From positions 615 to 64,614 of the forward strand of contig JAFYDR010000158.1 in NCBI GenBank assembly GCA_017544725.1: a DNA stretch of 64,000 nt, given 5' to 3'. The translations under genes and the position numbers were made by a program. Numbering within the stretch: position 1 is the first letter of the stretch; every line of letters begins with the position of its first letter. Below the pieces are notes generated by a model. That model searched no databases, had not been told where the DNA came from, and was given only the letters and a program-made list of their open reading frames with translations. This DNA comes from Kiritimatiellia bacterium (lineage in GTDB: Bacteria > Verrucomicrobiota > Kiritimatiellia > RFP12 > UBA1067). This document shows positions 33,850 through 42,812 of this stretch, in pieces.

Positions 33850-36324
33850 TCATAACACGGAAACGAGGGCAACGCGGAACCCCTGGTTGTCAGCGGGCGG
33901 GGCATCACCCGGTTTGCAGCTGCGGCGAGCCGAGCGGCAGTCGCTTGCTTCCCGAGACCAGCTTCCGCCGCGTCTCAAACGAATATCACCCGATGACGAG
34001 CCGGTTGGATTGGTCACGCTGGAGGAAGGGTATCCCCCGTATCGGTCTGCGCACCATTCCCACACGTTCCCGTGCATATCGTACAGTCCCCAGGCGTTCG
34101 GCTTCTTCTGCTTTACGGGGTGCGTCTTGTTTTCGCTGTTGTCGCGAAACCACCCCATTTCGTACAAATTCCCCGTGCCGCCGTAGGCACCGGTCGTCCC
34201 CGCGCGGCAGGCGTACTCCCATTCCGCCTCTGTTGGCAGACGCATCCCGCACCCCAACTCCTCGTTTACCTTCTGGATGAATCTCTGGCAGTCTCCCCAA
34301 GAAACCCTCTCCACGGGGCGAAGATCCCTAGCAAGAAAACTCAAAACCAAATCCTTGACGGGAAAACAGGACAATTCCATCCTCTGGAATCTTGCGGGAT
34401 TGCTCTTCATCACGCTTTCCCACTGACGTTGCGTCACAGGCGTATCCGCCATCCAGAAACCCCTCGTCAGCGTTACGCGATGCAACGTCTCATCCCAAGA
34501 CCGTCCCTCCTCGGAAGCCGGGCTTCCTATCTCGAATGTGCCGGGCGGACACCAGCGGAACCGCATCTCCGCGCCTCCCGGCAGTGTGATCACCTTCTCC
34601 GATCCAGGTTTTCTCTCCGAATCCTCACGGATCTCCCTCGCCTTTGTTTTGGAGTGCATATATTTTCTCACCTCGTCCGGCAACCTTTTGCAACAGAATA
34701 AAGAGAGACGAGTCCAAACCCTTCGAATGAGGAAAGCCAACTCCCCCAATTTTTCCTTTGCGGTTTCCGCATAATATGTTAGTTTCCCTTTACTCGCCGA
34801 CTCTTCCCTTTTCTTATTCAGGCGGGAAAGGAAAAACAGAAACAAAAAAATGAAAGGTACGGCTCCGACCACATACCAGAGCCTTGACCACGGCAGAAGC
34901 CATCCAAACCCTAGGTAAAGAGCCGATAGGGCACCCGAAATCGCGGCGCGCATTTTCTTACGGGCTTCATCGTATTGGATTCGTGACACAAGGCTTTCGG
35001 CGCTTGCCTTGACCCATTCGCGGTAGGAATTCAGCCGACTCCCTTCAGTGGAAATCCTTTCTTCAAACCCGTATAACACCGCATCCAATCCAGGAGAGAG
35101 CTCCCGTTCCTTGCGGATAGAATCGCCCAGCGTCCGAAGTTCTTCATCCGTGAAAACAGGCGTTCCGTGTGTCCCTTCCATTTTTTTACAGACTAGGGAA
35201 TAAAGCCTGTCGTACCAGTCCTCGTCAATTACCAAGCGATCACGCCATAATTCGGAAGCCTCACGAATCTCCGCATCCTTACGCGTCGCCTCCTCGTAGA
35301 AAGGCAGTTCCTTCACGGACTCTGCGAGATTCGCTGATTTGCGGACATACCGGAAGCACCTGTTGCGAAAAGTCTCGGCTGCCCGGGCAAAACTTCGTAA
35401 CGCATCCACCCGTTCTGGAAGTGGAGATCGATTGCGCAGGTGACGGGCCACCTCGTTGCGCGTATTCAAGTAGGCGAAATACGAGTTCTTGAGCTTCAGA
35501 AGAGCCGGGCGAGCATCATGGACAAGTCCCGCGACCGACAGCAGGAAACCAAAAAGACCATCCGACTCAATCGTTTCCGGCGGTTTTTTATTGTCATAAT
35601 TCAACTCATTCACCGCCGAGATGCAGATAATCGGAACTTGGTGTCTGTCCACCACCTGCAGGAGGTCAGGCGCACGTCTGCCTAGATAGAGGAACGCCCC
35701 GCCCGCGTTCTGGATCTCCTCTCGCAACAAGTGTGTCTGCGTGAGCACGACCAGAGACTTCTTCGCAATGTCGGGGTGATCGTTCAACAAACTCCAAAAG
35801 ATTTTCACCGTCTCCGCGAAATTCCGCCTCTTCTCCTCACGAACCGCCTCATCACAAGAGGTACCCACATTGATGAACAAGCATACGAGACCAGCTCGAA
35901 ATACCGCCGTGCGGATCTCACGCTGCCGACTCTCCGCCTGCGTCTCGGATGTCCCCAGCAGCACATCCGCAACCATCCCACCGTCATTCCCCGGCGCAAA
36001 CGCCTTTCGGATATCTTCCCCGGAACAGTCCATCGTCTCCAGCGAGAACACATGCCGCCGACCGGTATAGACATTCCAAGACAGCTTAGTCGGATCGCTC
36101 TCCTTTGTAGGCTCTGGCCACTCCCGAATCTCGAGTTTTTGGCATGCGTCGATTACCACATTTCGCGTCACGGTGTTGACCGGCTCCATACGAAACCCAA
36201 GAGCCTCCGCTCTGTCACTGCCGCCGGCAATCATATACTTCCGTCCCAGCACGGAAAGACAGACCGTCTTTCCGCTGGACTGGATTCCCAGAATAACTAC
36301 TTCAGGTGTTGCTCTATTTTCCAT
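33850..36324 (-). CDS. TRAFAC-like P-loop GTPase (paralog B) - 2 TM - FGS domain fusion
   Basis: N-terminus [50 protein letters not shown]. Hydrophobic [39 protein letters not shown]. C-terminal FGS: [59 protein letters not shown]. Confidence 0.8.
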   Translation of the reverse strand: [824 protein letters not shown]

Positions 36325-38869
36325 TCCCCTGTCTCGCTTCGATTTTCGCTCTCTTCAGACGGTTCATGGCCAGTCTGATTCCCAATGCGACCGCCTCACA
36401 ATCCTTGTCCGACTCGGAGAATTGGAAATCCGGACTGTTCAACTGTTCGAAGGTTGGAATTTTCGCATACCGGGAGAGTTGGCGGCACATTTCCAATAAT
36501 CCGTCACGATCCGCAATCAGAGCAGCTTGTACCTTGTCGGGAGCTTCCGCAAACGCCGCGCAATAGTCATTCGCCCGTTTCAACACCTCGCGTATCTTGT
36601 CCAAACGCTCACGGGAGCTGTAGTCTCCGACTCGTTCCAAAAAATCTTCCCGAATGTATGGGGTTGGCGTGATTCCGAGCCACGGATAATTCCTGACCAT
36701 TTGGGCTTTTTCTCGCAAAGCATCCCAGTCGCAGTCGTACACCCGCTCCAAATCCCGCAACATTATTTCGATCTCTTCATCCCTGAACTTGGGGTCTCCC
36801 GACTTCGCGTCAGCCGCATCCGCTGCGGCTTTTGCCTTTTTCGCGCCGTAAATCCCCGACATCCGATTGGTTTCCGGGTTCTTCAAATAACGGGCGATCT
36901 CTTCGGCGATCTGCCGATTCTCATTTTCGCAGTACCATTTCGCGCCGTAATAACCGCCGCATCCGATGACGGCTAGTACCAGCAACGTCACGAGGCGACG
37001 GCGGAATGTGCGGAACCTCTGCTGCCGCCGTGCGCGGTTAGCAGCTGTCAATTCATCCTTGACCTGCCCAATCTCACGCATCGAGATTTCATCCGGATGT
37101 TTTTTGGAGAAGGGATCCCGCACTGCCATCCGTTCCAATTCACGCAGCGCCTTCTTCGCTTCTGAAAATTGCCCCTGCTCCATCTGGCTCCGGACAGACT
37201 TCAACTTGGAGAGGATTACCTCCCTGACTTGCAGCGCTTTCTCGTTGCAATTCATCAGTCCAGAACACTCGTCCAGAATTTTCCGGCGTTCATTTTCAAA
37301 TCCTGAAAGCCGCCACTTCTTCCAATCCAAACCATCGCCGTAATCCTGCCACACGATGCAAAATCGGTCGATGATCTTCTCCAGTTCCTTGCATTGTTCC
37401 GCGAGTTCGTTTGCGGATTGCTCGAACCCGTCCTTCCCGACCGCGCCGCGCAATTGGTTGATTCCCGTCCGGATCGTCTTGACCATGTTCTCCAGCGCAG
37501 CCCAGTCCCCGGATCGCGCGATCGGCATCACCTCTACGCTCTGCCGTACCCATTCTTCATAGTCAATGCCACTGCCGATATTCGTATCGTACCCGTACAG
37601 GAGCGGATCGAACGTGACATTCGCCTCGCGCTTGACGGCATCAATCAGCACAGGGCCATCGGTATCGCGAAACTGGACCGAAGTCCGCCTTCCAACAAGT
37701 TTGAGCATCCGCCGCATCCAGATCTCGTCCACCCGCAACCGATCCCGCCACTTGTTCCCGGCAGACTCGACATCACCGTCCTGTTCCGTCGCGATGCGAT
37801 AAAGGTTCTCGATCCGATGCTGGTTCATATTCGCCGGATCACAGACATACTCAAAGCAACCGTTACGGAACGCCTCCGCCGCAACGACAAACTCCTTCAG
37901 GACAGGGAAACGGCTCGGCAGTATCGCACGGATGGCGAGTTGGCGCGCAAACTCGTTGCGGTGCCAAAGGTACTCCAGATACCTGTTTTTCAACGCGAAG
38001 AGCTTATCTTTCTTCCCCGCCACAATCCCGCCGACCGTGAGCAAGAAACCGAAAAGCCCGTCCGACTCGATCGGGTCCGGAACCATGTTCTCGGAACTCG
38101 TCTCGTTCACAGCCGAGACGCAGATGATGGGAATCTTGTACCGCTCGACTTCCTGCTGGAGATGTTGCGCACCACGTTCGCAGAGATACAGCGATGGACC
38201 CCCCACACTCTCAATCGTTTCGCGGACCAAATGCGTCTGGGTCAGAACCAGCAGCGACTTGCCGGCCAGCTCGGTATCCTTTTTCAGCAGTCGCCAGAAG
38301 GTGTTGACCGTATCTTCAAAATTCTTCTGGAGCGCCGCGCCCGCCCCGCCGGACGGATACTCCGCCGCATTCACAAAGAGGCAGACAAGCGAAGCCTCCT
38401 TTACCGCCGCGCGGATCTCCTCCACCCGGAACTCGCCGGATCCAGACCCCGTTCCGTTCGCGGACAACAGCGCGTCCGTCACCATATCCGAATCGGACGG
38501 TTCGGAAGGTGTTCCGAATCCCTCGGCATCTACCGCGAATGCCTTGCGAATCTGCTCGCCGGAGCAGTCCATCGTCGCCAGGTCGAAGATCGGACGGTCC
38601 CCCGTGTAAACCGTCCAGTGCAACCGGGTCATGTCATCCTCGCTGGTACTGGCAACCCATCTTCCGTTCTTCAGCTCCGCGTACTTTTTCCGTACCAGCT
38701 CCACGGTTTTATCACTCTGCGGAACCAGTCTGAAACCAAGCGGCGCGGCCTCGTTGCCTTGCGCCAGAAGCATGAACTTCGTACCCAAAACAGAAAGAAA
38801 AACTGTCTTCCCGCTTCGCTGCACCCCTAGGATAAACACCTTCGGTACTTTTCGGATTTCCTGTTCCAT
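36314..38869 (-). CDS. Membrane-anchored TRAFAC-like P-loop GTPase, paralog C
   Basis: The N-terminal ~330 aa are near-collinear with paralog A ([53 protein letters not shown]). TM [18 protein letters not shown]. ATG at 38869 gives [15 protein letters not shown], matching A; the track start is GTG 38887. 11-nt overlap with gene B. Confidence 0.7.
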   Translation of the reverse strand: [851 protein letters not shown]

Positions 38870-38926
38870 ACTTTTCTCATGCCCCACGCTGCCACACCAG
38901 ACACACCATGCAAATCCCGCACCGCT

Positions 38927-40675
38927 TCAACAACACCTGATCGCGATGATAACAACCAGTATGATCACGATAACAACAAAAATCCCACAGGACGTGTCAG
39001 AAGAAGGTTTGGGCTGCGGCATCGACTGATGATGAAGTTCCTTCAGCTTTTCCAAGCCTTCCTGGCATCGCTTGTATCGCTGTTTCAGATCTGTCATCGC
39101 GACCGAGACCAGATCCCTGTTTTCAGTCGCTCCACAAAGCCTACCGAGTTTCTCAAGACCTCCATCGATTTTGGATGCGATTTTCTGGAAATCATCCACG
39201 GCCTCCGGGAACGAAAATCCGCCTACGACTGACTCCGCCGCGGCAAGGCTTTCCTCCAGTTCCCCGACCTGATTCCGAAGCTTCCCCACCTTGTTCGCCA
39301 GCATCACGGAAATCATCGCCATGCCAGCCCGCACCCAGGCAACGCGATCCTCATACGGAGACCGCCGCAGGTCAATGCTCTCGTTAAACCCGAAGACCGC
39401 GTCCTCTCCGCTTTCCGGAAAGGACTTCATGACACTTGCGATCAAGTCTGTAACGTCCCGGTCGCGAATCTTGCTCTCCACCTCATCCTCTTCCTCGTCG
39501 GGACGAACCAGATTCACGCGCCCGTACGCGCAGAGTTTTTCATTCCACACCTCATCGATCCGCAGACGATCCTTCCACAGGTTCTCCGCCTCGCGGATGT
39601 CACCCTCCACGCGCGTGGTCGCGCGGTATTTACTGCCGGGAAACTTTTCTTTCAGATTCTCCGTATCCTTGAGGTAATCCAAACATCCCTTGCGGAAATC
39701 GGAAGCCGCTTGTGAAAACTTGCGCAAATGGAAAAGACGTTCTGGCAGAGGACTGCATAGCCAAAGGTGCCGTGCGACCTGATCGCGGGAACGGAGATAG
39801 TCATAATACAGGCCTTTCAGTTTCCCCAGCGGGTCTTTCTTCCCCGCCACGATCCCGCCGACCGTGAGCAGGAAACCGAAGAGTCCGTCCGACTCGATCT
39901 TCTCCGGTACCGCATTCTCGGAACTCGTCTCGTTCACCGCCGAGACGCAGATGATCGGAACCTTGCGACGCTCGATCTGCTGCTGGAGATGCGGCATCGA
40001 TTTTTCCAAGTAAAGGAAGGGACCTCCGGCGTTCCGGATCTCCTCACGAGCCAAATGAGTCTGCGTCAGCACAAGCAGACACTTCGAGGCGATTTCGGGG
40101 TGGCTGTTCAACAGATCCCAGTAGCAATCCGCCGCATCCTTCAAGCCTTGGTATTTCTCCGGATCCCGATCCGCCCCCTCCCGCAGCGCGGACACATTGA
40201 TGAAAAGGCAGACGAGCTTTGCCCGATCCACCTTCTCCCGCAACTCGTCCACGCGGCTGTTCCTTTGTGATACTTCACCGGCATCGGTTTTGAGAAGCGC
40301 GTCCGAATTGCCCCCGTCCCCCTGCGATTTCGATTCCCGGTTCAGGAAAGCATCCTTGATATCCTCCCCCGACCAGTCCGAGGTCGAGAGGTCGAATATT
40401 TTGCGCTTCCCCGTACAGACCTCCCAGCGCAATTCGGTGACCGCCCCCCTGACAGTCGCGCGCGGCCATCCGCCCCGCAACAGATGCTCGTACTCGCGAT
40501 TCATCAGCCCGAGCGTTTCTTTGTCCTTGGCGATCATCCGGAATCCCAAGGGCGCGACATTGCCACCGTCGGCGGACAAGGCGTATTTGCTACCCAGCAC
40601 CGACAGAAAAACCGTCTTCCCGCTCGACGGCATCCCCAGAATCACAACTTCCGGCATCCCATCATTTTCCGTCAT
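38927..40675 (-). CDS. Tail-anchored TRAFAC-like P-loop GTPase, paralog D
   Basis: [19 protein letters not shown] (D-x-x-G kept), [35 protein letters not shown]. C-terminal TM [20 protein letters not shown]. Confidence 0.7.
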   Translation of the reverse strand: [582 protein letters not shown]

Positions 40676-42812
40676 TTCTCCCCCCCCCCTTCCCGCTATT
40701 GTTCGTTTGTTGGGAAGATTCCTTCTCCGTTTCCGATGGGTCTTTCCCTGCTTGGTTATTTGGATTGGAATTACGTCGTATAGAATCTAATGCCGCTTCC
40801 GGTTCAAGGGGTAAACCGGGAACCGCCGTATCACCCTGCGCCTGCCTCCTTGCGACTTCTTCGTTGCCCCGAATCCCAGAATTTGATTTCGTGTTAGACT
40901 GCACACTGGACACAGGCGGATTCACGGACGGTTGAACACCAGTATCGTTTTTTGATTCCCGAATAGGAGGATTCGTTCGCGATGAACCAAAGCGATGGTT
41001 TGATGGCTTTTCAACCTCTACCCCAGGTTTCCCCCTATCGGTATCTTCCCGATTTTTCCCCTCCTTACCTCCGCAGGACCTCATGAAAAAGCATACCAAA
41101 CCCAAAGTCAAAATGATCCAAAACCATTTGTTTTTGAACCAGCTTTTTTTACCGCCTTCATCACCATTACCATCATTTTTCTCACTAGGTTTCGGAGAGT
41201 CGGGTACTGATACTATCATTTCCTGATTAAACAAATCGTCCTCTTGACTACTATATGATGAATCAGAGGATGATTCTATCCTTATCTGTCTTTGTGACAG
41301 CTGCTTTATATAGTCATCGATAGCTTTCTGAACTCGCTTATCAAACTCTTGTTTCCAAAGTTCCTTCCATTTTTTACCTCTGTTTTCAATAGTTTCTGCC
41401 TTTACCTCGTCAGAAATCCGCTTTACCTTGTCTCTAAGTTCTTCGATTTCTTTGTCTTTTTTCGTCACTTTCTCTTGGAATTTTTCAAGTTCCCTATCTT
41501 TACTACATATTTTCGCTTCAAGAGTACGTATCGTTCCTGCCTTGATTTGACTGTCGCCCTGCCAATGCGCAATCGTTCTGTCCTTTTCCCCGATTTCAAC
41601 AGTCAGGTTTTGAATCTCCCGCTTATCTTTTTCCCGGAGTTTATCCAGTTGCCGATCCATCCAAGAACGGAACACTCCTCCGAAGAGATCCGCTCGCGAG
41701 AATCGCTCCTCCTGCAAGAAACCTGCCACCTGATCGGCACCGTCGCAAACAGCCATTCCCCGCTCGATTAGTTTGATCAATTGAATCGTCTGCAACCGTG
41801 CTTCCCGATAGTCCTTATGATCGAGAATGGGCATCGTTTCAAAATTCTGATCGATGTATGTTGACCGGATTGCCTTCAGTTTCTGCCGCATGGCATCTAC
41901 GGCTACACGCCAGGAAGAATCTCCTCTTTCGTCAAGGGTCAACGCTTGCACTTCCCGAATCGCTTTTTCCAACCCAGCTTTTATTGCTTTGAGCTGCTTC
42001 AGCAATTCCTCTCGATCGCTCATCTGGTTTTCCAGATCCTCGATGTATTTGACCAGCCCCGTGTACTCCTTCAGTTTTTTTGCGCGCGTGTCTCGCAGGG
42101 TGTTGAGTGCCTCTTGCAACGCTCTCGCCGTCGGATCCTCCTTTGAAAGAATCCCGTTGTTTTCCTTCTTTTTCCTCCGGTAGGTTTCCGCGCATTTGGC
42201 AACGGTTGCCACCTCGCCAAACACCTGATAATCGATCAGCACCGTATGCGCGGTATCCTTCTCCCCCTTGATGACGGCGCGCAGCAGTCCAAGCTGGGTT
42301 TTCTCGCTCTGGAAATAGAAGGAAAGGCGCGTCAGTGCATCCGGCTCCTGCAACCGCTGCTGCGGGGGCACGGCATCCCACCAAGTCGCCAGTTCCTCCG
42401 GTTCCGCACCTTCCAGCCTGTAGTCCGAGCAGTCGATTTCTTCCGGGCGCTTGATTTCCCCCTCCAGAGGCTCACGCATATACTGGTCGCGAATCAGCTT
42501 CGCAAAATCCACCTTATACTCGAAATCTTTCGGAATGAACGCGAACGCCACATAGAGGCTGTCGCGCCCAAAGATGTCGCCGTGGGGACGAACCAAATAG
42601 GTGTAAAGTCCCACCCCCATCTTGCCGCCGATCTGACAGGCAATCGCACCGCCGAACGGGGGCTTGTCCCCGGATGTCTTCGGCATCGTGTCGGTCGCCT
42701 CCAGATAGCGGCGCAGGTCTGCCGCGATTCCTGCCTCGCATCCCTGCCAATCATATCCGTTCCACGCCGTGTAGAAGTAAACATTGATCCTGTTTTTGCT
42801 ATCGGTACTCAT
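40662..42812 (-). CDS. Unknown 716-aa protein: novel N-terminal globular domain - long coiled coil - TM - disordered tail
   Basis: 14-nt overlap with GTPase D start and ATGA overlap with the caspase stop. The N-domain includes GGAIACQIGGKMGVGLYTYLVRPHGDIFGRDSLYVAFAFIP. TM WFWIILTLGLVCFF. The tail is S/N/P/G-rich. Visibly AT-richer than its neighbours. Confidence 0.6.
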   Translation of the reverse strand: MSTDSKNRINVYFYTAWNGYDWQGCEAGIAADLRRYLEATDTMPKTSGDKPPFGGAIACQIGGKMGVGLYTYLVRPHGDIFGRDSLYVAFAFIPKDFEYKVDFAKLIRDQYMREPLEGEIKRPEEIDCSDYRLEGAEPEELATWWDAVPPQQRLQEPDALTRLSFYFQSEKTQLGLLRAVIKGEKDTAHTVLIDYQVFGEVATVAKCAETYRRKKKENNGILSKEDPTARALQEALNTLRDTRAKKLKEYTGLVKYIEDLENQMSDREELLKQLKAIKAGLEKAIREVQALTLDERGDSSWRVAVDAMRQKLKAIRSTYIDQNFETMPILDHKDYREARLQTIQLIKLIERGMAVCDGADQVAGFLQEERFSRADLFGGVFRSWMDRQLDKLREKDKREIQNLTVEIGEKDRTIAHWQGDSQIKAGTIRTLEAKICSKDRELEKFQEKVTKKDKEIEELRDKVKRISDEVKAETIENRGKKWKELWKQEFDKRVQKAIDDYIKQLSQRQIRIESSSDSSYSSQEDDLFNQEMIVSVPDSPKPSEKNDGNGDEGGKKSWFKNKWFWIILTLGLVCFFMRSCGGKEGKNREDTDRGKPGVEVEKPSNHRFGSSRTNPPIRESKNDTGVQPSVNPPVSSVQSNTKSNSGIRGNEEVARRQAQGDTAVPGLPLEPEAALDSIRRNSNPNNQAGKDPSETEKESSQQTNNSGKGGGRNDGK

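Noticed and set aside
37394-38830. 478-aa plus-strand ORF (also 29104..29727, 35731..36378, 39767..40270)
   Set aside because: They are antisense to the GTPase paralogs. The minus-strand frames are mutually conserved across four paralogs, which these frames are not.
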